Shown here: positions 9,270-19,328 of the stretch, one piece after another
How positions within the stretch are numbered: position 1 is the stretch's first letter
Layout of the letters: every line of letters begins with the position of its first letter
Assembly: GCA_018433345.1 (NCBI GenBank)
Contig: JAHDRK010000015.1
Coordinates: forward strand, 1-63,018
Reading direction: 5' to 3'
From: Syntrophobacterales bacterium
GTDB lineage: Bacteria > Desulfobacterota > Syntrophia > Syntrophales > UBA2210
DNA length: 63,018 nt
Program-made: the position numbers and the translations under genes
The notes under the pieces: generated by a model
Database searches by the model: none
What the model saw: the letters and a program-made list of their open reading frames with translations, nothing else
Told to the model about the DNA's origin: nothing

Positions 9270-10460
9270 TTAAATAAGTCCCTCTTCTTTCAATTTGTCA
9301 AGTTCCTCTTCGCCCATACCGAGCAACCCGCAATAGATCTCACGGTTATGTTCCCCCAAGGCCGGTGGTCGCCGTTTTACTTTCGCCGGCGTATCCGATA
9401 GCCCTATCGGCGTTCCCGACAATTTTTGCCTTCGCCCTGCCGGGCAAAACGTGTCAACAAGGGCTTCCGACTCTTGAACGTGAGGATCGGCAAGTACTTC
9501 ATCGACATCTTTCACGATTCCACAGGGTAGGCGGGCTTTCAGCAACTGCTTTTCACATTCATCGGCGTCACGAGCGGCGATCCAGTCCCTGACAACGGCA
9601 TCAACTTCATCCCGTTTCATGAACCTGTCATAATCGGAGGCCAAGTCCGGCCGATCCACTAGGTCTTCACGACCCACGAACCGGCAGAAACGCTTAAATA
9701 ATCCGTTTGTAGCGAGAGACACGTATACCCAACGTCCGTCACGGCTCTTATAGAGATCGGACGGTCCGGTGTACCAGGAGCGATTGCCTATCCTTGAACG
9801 CTTTTTCCCCGTTCCGGCAAACTCGCTGAGTGCCATGCCGTTCAAGGCGACCGCTGTTTTCAAGAGATCGGTCTCCACCTTCTGTCCCCTCCCTGTGGCT
9901 CGGCGATGATAGAGGGCCGTCATAATGCCGAGGCTTGTCAACATGCCCGTGGAAAAATCGACGTATCGAATTTCGGAACGTATGGGGGGTGTCTCTGGAA
10001 AGCCCGTGAGATGCATGGCCCCCGACATGGCCTGGGCGATCTGGTCAAAGGCAACCCTCTCCGCATAGGGCCCCCTTGACCCGAAGCCGGTTATTTCAGC
10101 ATAGACAAGAGCGGGATTATGCTCCCTCAACACCTCGTATCCAATCCCCAGGGCCTTGACCGCCCCCGGACTGAAGTTGTGAACAAGGACATCCGATCGC
10201 TTCACCAATTCAATTAACAGCGGAATGGCCTTGCTGTTTGTGTAGTTGAGCGTTATCGCCTTCTTGTTCCTGGCCTGATTCATGTACATGAAGCCGTCGC
10301 CGGAAGGCCCTTGGAGACCCAGGTACCGGTCATCTTCACCCCGGGGACGCTCTATTCGGATAACCTCTGCGCCGAAATCGCTTAGAAGAAGCGTTCCGTA
10401 AGGCCCCGATATGTGGCGTGACAGATCGAGGACCCTTATTCCTTCAAGAATTGCATCCAT
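9270..10460 (-). CDS. Family III CoA-transferase (CaiB/BaiF-like)
   Basis: N-terminal GIRVLDLSRHISGPYGTLLLSDFGAEVIRIE is typical of CoA-transferase III. The ATG at 10460 is preferred (GAAGGAAG upstream); the track ORF extends to 10499. Confidence 0.88.
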   Translation of the reverse strand: MDAILEGIRVLDLSRHISGPYGTLLLSDFGAEVIRIERPRGEDDRYLGLQGPSGDGFMYMNQARNKKAITLNYTNSKAIPLLIELVKRSDVLVHNFSPGAVKALGIGYEVLREHNPALVYAEITGFGSRGPYAERVAFDQIAQAMSGAMHLTGFPETPPIRSEIRYVDFSTGMLTSLGIMTALYHRRATGRGQKVETDLLKTAVALNGMALSEFAGTGKKRSRIGNRSWYTGPSDLYKSRDGRWVYVSLATNGLFKRFCRFVGREDLVDRPDLASDYDRFMKRDEVDAVVRDWIAARDADECEKQLLKARLPCGIVKDVDEVLADPHVQESEALVDTFCPAGRRQKLSGTPIGLSDTPAKVKRRPPALGEHNREIYCGLLGMGEEELDKLKEEGLI

Positions 10461-10547
10461 TACAACATGCTGCTTCCTTCGACAATTATGACCCACCAAG
10501 CCGTCGCGTCATCGATCTCGCCTGCGAGAATAAATGGCCGGTAAGGG

Positions 10548-10889
10548 CTAGCGATTCCATCTGCCGCTGATGTCCTCCACGATAAAGGGCAGGCACTGAA
10601 CCGCGATGGATCCCTTCTTCACCCATACCCTAAAGATGGGAACCGTATCACCTTCCCTGGAAACGAGACTCGGCAGTTCTTCCAGGCCGCCTATGTCCGC
10701 CCGGTTAAATTCAAAAAAGGTGACATACGAGCTGAATGGATCGGGAATAAGAATGACCTTCCTCCTGTCATGGGGATGCTTGTCAAGGGCTCCGGCAAAT
10801 ACGACATAACTTTCGGGACTTTTCGGCATCCCGCGATATCGATCGATTTCAAAGGTCATGGTTTCCATCGGTTGGTTAGCGTTGGTCAT
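10548..10889 (-). CDS. Hypothetical soluble protein (113 aa), last gene of the ABC-2/GldG/DUF4340 operon
   Basis: ORF with SD-like AAAGGGGA upstream, starting 16 nt after the DUF4340 stop. No TM segment or signal peptide, and no motif I recognise. Confidence 0.6.
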   Translation of the reverse strand: MTNANQPMETMTFEIDRYRGMPKSPESYVVFAGALDKHPHDRRKVILIPDPFSSYVTFFEFNRADIGGLEELPSLVSREGDTVPIFRVWVKKGSIAVQCLPFIVEDISGRWNR

Positions 10890-10905
10890 GGGATCCCCTT
10901 TATCC

Positions 10906-11958
10906 TTATAAAGACTGCCGCAGCAACTCCAAGAGGTCCTTTTCTATGAAAGAGAGATAACTTTCATCCACTTCGTAAACCCACCCCTTGTGCAGTTCGT
11001 TGAAGCTATCCACCGCTTCCGCCGCCAGTAAAAGGGCTTCCTTTTCCCGGAGAGACTCATCGGATTCGTCCTGGTATATGGCGATCTTCCCATCGCCGAA
11101 GTCGGCATCCGCCTCCGCCTTCACATAGCATCTCCCCTCTCGTGCTCCCAAGGCTACTTGAAAATATATCTCGTCATCCCTTGTAACGGTCAGAAAGGCA
11201 TCGTACGTCACGCCGTCGATTCCCGTTTCAGGGGAAATGTCTACAATCCGCATGCTCAGCGCCTCATTGTACAGGTCTTCTATTTCCTCCTCGTCGATGC
11301 CGTCACTTCCCTGAAGCCCCAAAACAGTGAAATCGCCACCTTCACGCAATATCTCGACGGATCCCTTCTCATTTCTCAATTTCAGCCTTACATAGCGCGT
11401 CTTGTCCCCCTCGAAAATATTCTCCCTGATGTAACCGCCGAAATCGGTACTTATAAAAGGGATGATCTGGTCAGAAAGATACACCTTGTCATCATCTTCA
11501 AGACGGACGTACATTCGAATTCCCTGCTCGTCGCTTTTCCTGTCCCCGATCACGACACCTACCAAGGGCTCCCCCGCGTCGTCGAGGAATCGGACCACGG
11601 TGCTCTTTTCACCACCGTCTACGCCAAGAATGGCGTGGTTTTCAGGATTGTCCGTCACCAACTCGTCCACCCGAATTCCCGCAACAGTCATAAAGACATG
11701 ATTCACCCTCTCGCTGAGAGCGGGATACCCTCCCTTGTCACGGATGACGAATCTTCCCTCCACCCTGTCGAGTTTGAGCGATTCACCCTCTCTTTCCAAA
11801 TATATGGTTTCCACCTTCTCGAGGTCGACTCCCTGGACAAGATAGCTACCGCGAAGAAACCCCTTGTCGGTCTCGGGTCGCTCCATGGTTATAACAGCCG
11901 TCAAGACGACCATTACCAGCGCGACGGCGCCAAGCAGAAAAAGCTGTCTATTCGTCAT
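10906..11958 (-). CDS. DUF4340-like protein (N-terminal membrane anchor)
   Basis: The start MTNRQLFLLGAVALVMVVLTAVI (ATG at 11958) overlaps the GldG-like stop by 11 nt. Size, N-terminal anchor and position directly after a GldG-like gene fit DUF4340; this is a family call from memory. Confidence 0.7.
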   Translation of the reverse strand: MTNRQLFLLGAVALVMVVLTAVITMERPETDKGFLRGSYLVQGVDLEKVETIYLEREGESLKLDRVEGRFVIRDKGGYPALSERVNHVFMTVAGIRVDELVTDNPENHAILGVDGGEKSTVVRFLDDAGEPLVGVVIGDRKSDEQGIRMYVRLEDDDKVYLSDQIIPFISTDFGGYIRENIFEGDKTRYVRLKLRNEKGSVEILREGGDFTVLGLQGSDGIDEEEIEDLYNEALSMRIVDISPETGIDGVTYDAFLTVTRDDEIYFQVALGAREGRCYVKAEADADFGDGKIAIYQDESDESLREKEALLLAAEAVDSFNELHKGWVYEVDESYLSFIEKDLLELLRQSL

Positions 11959-13849
11959 TGCGCACTCCCAGGTACTTCTTCTTTCGATAAATCCCGGCAA
12001 GGAAAACAATCACGGCGATAAGCAGGATAACCGACGGGGCAGCGAGGATATTGCACAACTTGATTTTTGAGATGAGCGACTCGATTCGGACGCGTTTGTC
12101 GCGGTTCAATTCCCTCAGCTCCCGCTGTGCCAACAATAGGCTTTCCTCCAGTTCTCTCTTGCGCTCTATTACTTCGCCGCGCATGAGGGCTTCACCTTCG
12201 TCCTCGATGCGGCTTACAATGGACTGCAACTCCTTCTGGTATTTTTCAATCTCGGCCTCAACGGCGGCTATTTTCTCCGCCGTTGCTTGTTCAGCCTCGG
12301 CCTCTATCCTATCGAACACCTCGAATGGTCGGTTGAATCGCCCCTTGGCACGGGCGGTGGAAAGGGCCCTGGCGCCTCCCAGGTTTTCCACGGTGTTCAG
12401 GAAGAGGTTCACGTTATCGCCCCGTGGGGCAGGACCGAAAAAGGTCTCCCGAAAGGCGACGAAATCGTTGATCATGTCCACGTCCGAATATACGACTATC
12501 GTGGTATCTTGAAGGGACTCTCCCAAGACCTCTTGCACCCGCTTCTCCTTTTCATCTTCGGCTACCGCCGGCGGTCCTTCTGAAAAATTGCTCTGGAAAC
12601 GACCGGTAAGCCGTGCACCCAAAACCACCGGTTGCGAACCATCCCGCAATTCCCTTTCCACCATGTCGGGATTGGAAAACCTGTACACATCCGCCGGTGA
12701 CGCGGAGATACTGTTTCCTCTTTCACTGGTGGTCATAATGGGCTCAAAGGTTACGTTTGGAACATCGGTCGATTCTATCGCTCCGCCGAAAAGCACCCTG
12801 ACTGTTTGGAGTTGAGCCGTAATGACATCTTCGCTGTTGAAAGACCGCCCGGTGAGATCCATATACGTGGGGAGTCGTCGACTCGGTTGATTTGGACCCA
12901 TCTGGACTTGTATTCCAAGCGACCGGTCGGCGGCGAAGGTGTTCGGTTTCAATATACAGCCCCATGCTTCAAGGAGCTCATTCATGTCCGAGGACCTCAG
13001 ATGGTGCTCTTTAACAGGATCGGCCACGCAGTAAGGATCCACGATCACGAGGAGTTTGCCCCCCTTCATGACATGCTGATCAACGGCAAAAAGGAGGTCC
13101 TCCGGCAGGTCCTTCGGATGAATAAGGATAAGCAATTCCACGTCGTCGATTTTCGATGCGTCATCATCGATCCTCACCACGTCGAAGAACTGCTTCAGTT
13201 GTTTTATAATCAACCATTCCTCCGGTACCTCCCTTCCCTGCATCCTCATCATTTCAGCCATGTAGGGCGACAGGCCCGGACCAAAAAGAGGCAGCGACGT
13301 AATAATCCCCACGGGCTTCTTGATTGCCGTGGCGGCGTCGTAGATGGACTTCGATATCTCGTACTCGACCAACGGCTGGCGATTTGGCGCGAAAAAAGGC
13401 ACCACCGCCACCCGGCCCAATTCGGAAGCCACCGCCAGTCCGAAAAAGAAAGGCTCGTCGCCTGCCGAATATCTGTCGAGACCGTACCTAATGGCATCCA
13501 ATTCATCGTCGGTGTAAGGCCTGGGATCTATAACGGTGAGCCGCAGCCTCCCGTTGGAAAGGGCCTCATATTCCCGAAGAAGATCTCGCACATAGATGTA
13601 ATAATTGTTATAGACGCGTATCCCTTCGGGACCTTTCATGGCAGCCGCCCGGGAATAATACAGTTTCAGCTCCAGGGGCTGACGGATTTCCTCTATTACC
13701 TGGCGGGTTCCCTCTGACAAAGTGTAGAGTTTGTTTTCCGTCAGGTCGATGCGCAGAAATCGGCCCAGGTGGTTCGTTATGGTTATGGCACAGAAAAATA
13801 TAACCGCCAGGAGGAAAAGCGCCGTAATGGTGCGCCATCTTTCGGTCAT
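11948..13849 (-). CDS. GldG-like ABC-transporter auxiliary component (ABC_transp_aux family)
   Basis: About 633 aa from the ATG at 13849, which forms an ATGA overlap with the permease stop. It has N- and C-terminal TM anchors (ITALFLLAVIFFCAITI; ILAAPSVILLIAVIVFLAGI), a large periplasmic body and a coiled coil before the last TM. This is the classic GldA/GldF/GldG-type gene order. Confidence 0.8.
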   Translation of the reverse strand: MTERWRTITALFLLAVIFFCAITITNHLGRFLRIDLTENKLYTLSEGTRQVIEEIRQPLELKLYYSRAAAMKGPEGIRVYNNYYIYVRDLLREYEALSNGRLRLTVIDPRPYTDDELDAIRYGLDRYSAGDEPFFFGLAVASELGRVAVVPFFAPNRQPLVEYEISKSIYDAATAIKKPVGIITSLPLFGPGLSPYMAEMMRMQGREVPEEWLIIKQLKQFFDVVRIDDDASKIDDVELLILIHPKDLPEDLLFAVDQHVMKGGKLLVIVDPYCVADPVKEHHLRSSDMNELLEAWGCILKPNTFAADRSLGIQVQMGPNQPSRRLPTYMDLTGRSFNSEDVITAQLQTVRVLFGGAIESTDVPNVTFEPIMTTSERGNSISASPADVYRFSNPDMVERELRDGSQPVVLGARLTGRFQSNFSEGPPAVAEDEKEKRVQEVLGESLQDTTIVVYSDVDMINDFVAFRETFFGPAPRGDNVNLFLNTVENLGGARALSTARAKGRFNRPFEVFDRIEAEAEQATAEKIAAVEAEIEKYQKELQSIVSRIEDEGEALMRGEVIERKRELEESLLLAQRELRELNRDKRVRIESLISKIKLCNILAAPSVILLIAVIVFLAGIYRKKKYLGVRNDE

Positions 13850-14583
13850 CCGGCCTCCCTCCTTCCGTTGATCCAAACGGCGGTGGCCAGCACCCAGCCC
13901 GTTATGAACAGCACGTAAAACGCCATGTCCCTGAATTCGATCACCCCACGCCTAAGTGACTCAAAATGGAGCACGAAACTCAGGTTTTCCACCGCCTCGA
14001 GCATCGCCGCGGACAAAAAGGACTCCAATACCAGCAACACAGAGGGATAATCTGCGAAAACAAACAAGGAACATATTACAACGGACAGTATGAAGCTCAC
14101 CACCGGGTTGGCGGTAATTGACGAACAGAACATGCTCACAGCGAGATAGCAGCCTGCCAGCAGAAGTCCTCCGATGTATCCGGCGGCAATAACCCAGTTG
14201 TCGGGTGACCCCAGGTAGTTGACCGTGATGACCATTGGGAAGGTAAGCAACAATGCGACAGCGATAAAGAGCCAGGCGGCGATAAACTTTCCCATGACCG
14301 CCCGGCCTACGGTTACGGGCAGGGAAAAAAGCACCTCGATGGTTCCCGACTTGCGTTCCTCCGCCCAAAGTTTCATGCCGATCGCCGGCACCAGGAAAAG
14401 AAACAGTACGGGGAGAAGATCAAAAAACACCCTCAGGTCCGCCTGGCGGGCCTCGAAAAAAGGACTTCTGAAGGTCATGAAGTTTGCGAAAAAAAGAAAG
14501 ACAAATAGAAATACATAGGCAAGGGGCGTGGTAAAGTAGCCTCGCAGTTCCCGCTTCATAACAACAAGAGCCGTATTCATCAT
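13846..14583 (-). CDS. ABC-2 type transporter permease (GldF-like)
   Basis: 245 aa with six hydrophobic helices. ATGA overlap with the upstream ATPase gene (14580-14583). Confidence 0.85.
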   Translation of the reverse strand: MMNTALVVMKRELRGYFTTPLAYVFLFVFLFFANFMTFRSPFFEARQADLRVFFDLLPVLFLFLVPAIGMKLWAEERKSGTIEVLFSLPVTVGRAVMGKFIAAWLFIAVALLLTFPMVITVNYLGSPDNWVIAAGYIGGLLLAGCYLAVSMFCSSITANPVVSFILSVVICSLFVFADYPSVLLVLESFLSAAMLEAVENLSFVLHFESLRRGVIEFRDMAFYVLFITGWVLATAVWINGRREAG

Positions 14584-15296
14584 TCCCTTCCTCTGGTAAC
14601 AGCCTCGAAGAAATCGTCGATCCTTCCGCCTCCCTGTTCCCTGAATTCCGCCGGGGTGCCGTCGGCCACTATCCTCCCCCTGTGTATCACGATCGATCGA
14701 TTACATATGGCATCCAATTCCTCGAGAATATGCGTGGAAACAATGATGGCCTTGTAGCTCGCCATGTTATTTATAAGACGGCGCACGTCCCGCTTCTGGT
14801 TGGGATCGAGTCCGGCCGTGGGGTCGTCCAAGATGAGAACCGGCGGATCTCCTATGAGGGTCAAGGCGAGACCCACCCTCTTCCGGTATCCCTTCGAAAG
14901 TGTTTCAATCGTCTGGTAGAGGACTTCCGAAAGGGAGCACACCTGCACGACGCGTTCGATCTCCCGTACCTTTTCCGCACCTACAAGACCCCTTATTTCG
15001 CATACAAACCCAAGAAATGAAATGGTGGTCATCTCACCGTAAAGAGGGGTATTCTCCGGAAGATACCCGATAGATTTACGGACCCCGAGAGAATCTTTCA
15101 ATATATCGTGGCCGTTGATGCGGGCCGTTCCCTCGTTAGGCCTTGTCAGGCATGCGATCATGCGCATTGTAGTGGTCTTGCCCGCCCCGTTGGGACCTAT
15201 AAAACCCAGTACATCCCCTTGATTTACTGTAAATGATACGCCGTCCACGGCCCTTATCGGTCCGAAGACCTTCTTCAGGTTTGTGACTTCAATCAC
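14580..15296 (-). CDS. ABC transporter ATP-binding protein (GldA-like)
   Basis: Walker A GPNGAGKTT, signature LSKGYRKRV, Walker B VLILDDPTAGLD. Confidence 0.93.
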   Translation of the reverse strand: MIEVTNLKKVFGPIRAVDGVSFTVNQGDVLGFIGPNGAGKTTTMRMIACLTRPNEGTARINGHDILKDSLGVRKSIGYLPENTPLYGEMTTISFLGFVCEIRGLVGAEKVREIERVVQVCSLSEVLYQTIETLSKGYRKRVGLALTLIGDPPVLILDDPTAGLDPNQKRDVRRLINNMASYKAIIVSTHILEELDAICNRSIVIHRGRIVADGTPAEFREQGGGRIDDFFEAVTRGRE

Positions 15297-15421
15297 CTTC
15301 GGTTCCCTTGTCCAAAACGTTATGTGGCACCATTCATAATAGCTTTTGCAGACCCTGTCAAGAAGCTCGACTGAAATACTTTACAATTGCCGCATGGCGC
15401 CTCCTGTGATAGACATGGCCC

Positions 15422-16051
15422 ATGTTCGACATCGGTTTGACAGGAGGCATCGGAAGCGGGAAATCCACGGTTGCGGGATTGTTCAGAGAACGGGGAGCGT
15501 GGGTGATCGATTTCGACCGTCTTGCTCATGAAGCACAGAAACCGGGCACACCCGTATGGCGAAATATCGTCGATACCTTTGGGACATGCGTGCTGGATAC
15601 GAAAGGCCGAATAGACAGGGCGAAATTGGGATCCTTGGTCTTTTCCGACTCGTTTTCGCTTCAACGTTTGAATGAAATTGTCCACCCCGTCCTTTTCGAT
15701 GAATGGGAAAAGCGAAGGAATGAAATAGCCCGGAAAGACCCCGGGGCTGTTGTAGTTTCGGACGTACCTCTTCTCGTGGAAGGAAAATTACAGCACCTTT
15801 TCGATATCACCATTCTTGTGTGGGCGTCACCCGAACGACAGATCGAGCGGATCATGAAAAGAAATAACCTGACTCGGCGCGAGGCGCAGGCCCGCCTGGA
15901 CGCTCAGATGAAAATCGACGACAAAAAGGGTCTCGTCGACTATGTTATTGATAACGACGGCGACATTGAAAGGACAAAATCCCAGTTCGACAACCTATGG
16001 CGGATTGTCATGACCTTGAAAGAGGCGAAGGAACCGTCAAGCCCCCCATAA
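15422..16051 (+). CDS. coaE: Dephospho-CoA kinase
   Basis: MFDIGLTGGIGSGKSTV P-loop at the N-terminus; 209 aa with typical CoaE length and layout. Confidence 0.9.
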   Translation: MFDIGLTGGIGSGKSTVAGLFRERGAWVIDFDRLAHEAQKPGTPVWRNIVDTFGTCVLDTKGRIDRAKLGSLVFSDSFSLQRLNEIVHPVLFDEWEKRRNEIARKDPGAVVVSDVPLLVEGKLQHLFDITILVWASPERQIERIMKRNNLTRREAQARLDAQMKIDDKKGLVDYVIDNDGDIERTKSQFDNLWRIVMTLKEAKEPSSPP

Positions 16052-16198
16052 AACATCATTTCAGACCATGTCCGCCATAAACGAAGATCGCCTTCATGAC
16101 TTAATCCCAACCGTCACAGATCACCTGAATGTGTAATGTAAAGGCATGAAGAGTAACAAGTCTTCGGGGAAAACAAGAACACGACGGTGTTTCCTTTC

Positions 16199-16717
16199 CT
16201 ATCGTCGCCCTTCCACCCCGGCAAGTATTTCCTCAAAAAGGCTGTAGAACGACCTGTACTCCGCGATTCCTCGATTCAGAATGGCTCCTATCTCATCTAT
16301 GTTGTCGATATTGACGGTAAGATTAACACTTCGATTGAAAGCGGTCATTCTATCCATGGTCCTGAAGCCCGATCCCACAAGGACGACATAGATCCATCTC
16401 CGCATCTTCATGTTCAGGCCTTCGAGATAGGCGAGAACGAGATTGCTCGAAGAATCGAGACAATCGAACAATTCGTTGACCACCACCAAGTCGTAATCGT
16501 GGTAGCGCATCTTTCTCAGCGCCTCCTGGCCCGTATCAGCAGGGGAGACGAGATAGCCGGCTTCTTTCAACAAGTCCGCCGTCCTTAACTGCAGAGATTT
16601 GTCCGACTCGCAGACCAGCGCTGTTTCCTGGCCTTCGGAGACGAAATCGAACGGCTGTTCCGAGGCATCGTAGGTTTCAGATGTAATACTACTTATAACT
16701 TTTTTATCTTCGTCCAT
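16199..16717 (-). CDS. Receiver-like (pseudo-receiver) domain protein
   Basis: 172 aa with a CheY-like beta/alpha pattern (TALVCESD..YLVSPA..DLVVVNELF..YVVLVGSG). Asn81 sits where the phospho-acceptor Asp is expected, and there is no conserved beta5 Lys. It starts 39 nt after the PilT-like stop. Confidence 0.7.
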   Translation of the reverse strand: MDEDKKVISSITSETYDASEQPFDFVSEGQETALVCESDKSLQLRTADLLKEAGYLVSPADTGQEALRKMRYHDYDLVVVNELFDCLDSSSNLVLAYLEGLNMKMRRWIYVVLVGSGFRTMDRMTAFNRSVNLTVNIDNIDEIGAILNRGIAEYRSFYSLFEEILAGVEGRR

Positions 16718-16756
16718 GTTTTCAGTTTCCCCTATCGGCCTGCGCGGTCATAAATT

Positions 16757-17932
16757 CTACCAGTCTTGCCTGTTCTTTCCGTAATCCCTGTCGATCTTCA
16801 GTCCTTTTATTCCACTTGTCGCATCGCCCCGTTTCGCCTTTATAGAATCAATGCCGCGTCCTACCACACTTCGTGTCGTGGCAAAGGCAAGCGCGGTCTC
16901 TTCAGATATTTCTCCCCGCTCATAAAGACCCACAATACATTCGTCGAAGGTAATCATGCCGAAGGGCCGTCCGGCTTCGATAATATCCCTAAAGGTTTTA
17001 CCCTCCGCCTCCCCGTGAAGAATCGTATCCTTCACACGCATGTTGGTTCCCATTATTTCAAAGGCAGCCACTCTTCCACCACCTTCCCGGGGAAGCAAAC
17101 GCTGGCACACGATCCACCTGATCATATCGGCAAGGCGGACCCGTATCTGGTTTTCGTCTTCCCTGGGAAACATGCCCAGGATGCGGTTGATCGTCTGTCC
17201 CGCATCGACGGTGTGGAGCGTACTCAAAACGAGGTGTCCTGTTTCGGCCGCCGTGAGCGCTATCTCCACGGTGTCACGGTCGCGCATTTCTCCGATTAGA
17301 ATAACTTTTGGCGCCTGGCGGAGCGCCGCCCGGAGTCCACCCGCAAAACTCATGAAATCCAGACCCAACTCCCGCTGGTTGAACGTCGCCTTTTTATGGG
17401 TGTGCTGATACTCCACAGGATCCTCCAGGGTGATGACGTGAACGGGCTGATGCTCGTTGATGTCGTCCAAGATCGCCGCTAGAGAGGTTGTCTTTCCTGT
17501 CCCCGTCGCACCCGTGACCAAGATAATACCGTTTTTCTCCCTGGCCATTTTGACGAATACTTCCGGCAGGCCCAGTTCCTGCCTGGTGGGAATGCGTGTC
17601 TCGAGCTTTCTCAGGACGATGGAGTAGTTCCCCCTCTGGGAAAAAACATTGACCCTGAAACGGGCCTTCCCCGGCAGCTCGTAAGACGAATCACAGGAGC
17701 CTTCTTTCAGTAGCACTTCCAAAAGTCTCCTGTCTCGTCCAATCAAGTTCAGGGCCATTATTTCAGTTTGAAAGGGTGTCAGGCTGTCTATACGAGGTTC
17801 TATATCGGCGGTCGTCAACCGGCCCAGGCTTTCCACCTGCAGGGGCTTGCCCACGGTGATGTTGAGGTCGGAAACGTTCTCCTGGGTGTCAAGCATTCTG
17901 CCAAGGATGTAATCGATCTCCTGCTGTCTCAT
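16757..17932 (-). CDS. PilT/PilU-family type IV pilus retraction ATPase paralog
   Basis: Walker A GATGTGKTT, Walker B/Asp box VITLEDPVEY, His box LVLSTLHT. It lacks the AIRNLIRE signature. The ATG at 17932 is preferred (GAGGAAAGG upstream); the track ORF starts with GTG at 18001. Confidence 0.88.
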   Translation of the reverse strand: MRQQEIDYILGRMLDTQENVSDLNITVGKPLQVESLGRLTTADIEPRIDSLTPFQTEIMALNLIGRDRRLLEVLLKEGSCDSSYELPGKARFRVNVFSQRGNYSIVLRKLETRIPTRQELGLPEVFVKMAREKNGIILVTGATGTGKTTSLAAILDDINEHQPVHVITLEDPVEYQHTHKKATFNQRELGLDFMSFAGGLRAALRQAPKVILIGEMRDRDTVEIALTAAETGHLVLSTLHTVDAGQTINRILGMFPREDENQIRVRLADMIRWIVCQRLLPREGGGRVAAFEIMGTNMRVKDTILHGEAEGKTFRDIIEAGRPFGMITFDECIVGLYERGEISEETALAFATTRSVVGRGIDSIKAKRGDATSGIKGLKIDRDYGKNRQDW

Positions 17933-18000
17933 GAGGCCTTTCCTCTTTTCACATTCGTCCAAAACGCCACGCTTGAGCAAGCGGGGGCTGCGTAACCACA

Positions 18001-19083
18001 CTATACTTCTGTAAAATCCTCGGGAGGCTTGCTCAGGTAAGCCCTGAACCTTGCCTTGTCAAAGGCCTTCGTGTAAGCATCGTCGGCGCCTATCCAACCC
18101 TTTTGCAACAGTTCCGCGATGGAATCGTCCAGAAGTTGCATCCCGTATTTGCGCCCTGTCTGAATCATGGACGGTATCTGGTGGGTTTTTGCCTCCCTGA
18201 TAAGATTTCGCACAGCCGGCGTGGCTATGAGTATTTCCGTGGCTACGCAACGGCCATCGGTATCGATTCTTTTGAAAAGCACCTGGGCTATGACGGCACG
18301 GATGCCATCGGCGAGGGTTGACCGGATCTGTTCCTGCTGGTTTGCCGGAAAAACCTCGATGACACGGTCAAGGGTCTTTGCCGCGCTGGAGGTGTGCAAG
18401 GTACCAAAAACGAGATGGCCCGTGGAAGAGGCTTCCACCGCAAGAGATATCGTTTCCAGATCCCTCATTTCTCCCACGAGGATGACGTCGGGATCTTCAC
18501 GGAGAGCGCCCCTGAGAGCTGCGGCGAAGGACTTCGTGTGAACACCCACCTCCCGGTGATTCACTATGCAGTTCTTGCTTTCGTGAACGAACTCTATTGG
18601 ATCCTCGATGGTGATAATGTGATCCTTTCTCGTTCTGTTTATCTCGTCCACAATAGCCGCAAGGGTTGTCGATTTTCCGCTTCCCGTGGGTCCCGTGACG
18701 AGCACCAATCCCCGCGGCAGCGTGGCTAATTTCTTGACTACCGGAGGCAGTCCCAGTTCCTCCACGGTTTGAATTTTGTTGGGAATTTCCCTGAACACCG
18801 CTGCGATACCCGCCTTCTGGAGAAAATAATTCGCCCGGTACCGTGCCAAGCCCGGGATTTCATAAGCAAAGTCCACATCCCCGGTCTCCTCGAACTCCTT
18901 GATCTTGTGTTCAGGGGTAATCTCGTAAAGCATGGCCTTAAGCCCATCATTGTCGAGCTCATTGTACTTGATCCTGATCATTTCCCCTCTCACTCGAATG
19001 ACCGGTTGTTGCCCCGATACCAAGTGCAGATCTGATGCCCCCTGTTCATGCATGAGTCTAAAAAAAGCGTCTATCTGTGCCAT
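18001..19083 (-). CDS. pilT: Twitching motility ATPase PilT
   Basis: 360 aa. Walker A GPTGSGKST, IITIEDPIEF, LVFGTLHT, and the PilT signature AVRNLIREAKTHQI. Confidence 0.93.
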   Translation of the reverse strand: MAQIDAFFRLMHEQGASDLHLVSGQQPVIRVRGEMIRIKYNELDNDGLKAMLYEITPEHKIKEFEETGDVDFAYEIPGLARYRANYFLQKAGIAAVFREIPNKIQTVEELGLPPVVKKLATLPRGLVLVTGPTGSGKSTTLAAIVDEINRTRKDHIITIEDPIEFVHESKNCIVNHREVGVHTKSFAAALRGALREDPDVILVGEMRDLETISLAVEASSTGHLVFGTLHTSSAAKTLDRVIEVFPANQQEQIRSTLADGIRAVIAQVLFKRIDTDGRCVATEILIATPAVRNLIREAKTHQIPSMIQTGRKYGMQLLDDSIAELLQKGWIGADDAYTKAFDKARFRAYLSKPPEDFTEV

Positions 19084-19328
19084 TCACATTCTCCTCGATT
19101 CTCCATTCACCTCTATCGGCGTCCTTTTGACATGTAGGAATCGTTGATCTATACTTGAATCGGATTAAGATCCTGGAAGTTAAAGGTCGGCGCGGTTCGA
19201 TCAACGTCGAACTATAGAAACCGGACGAAAGGTTGTCAAGCGCTAAGAAGCCAAGTTCACAAGAAAAATATGTAAACATGGTCGAGGACGGCGCCTGAAA
19301 CAAGTATATTTTCAAGATAGGATGGGTG

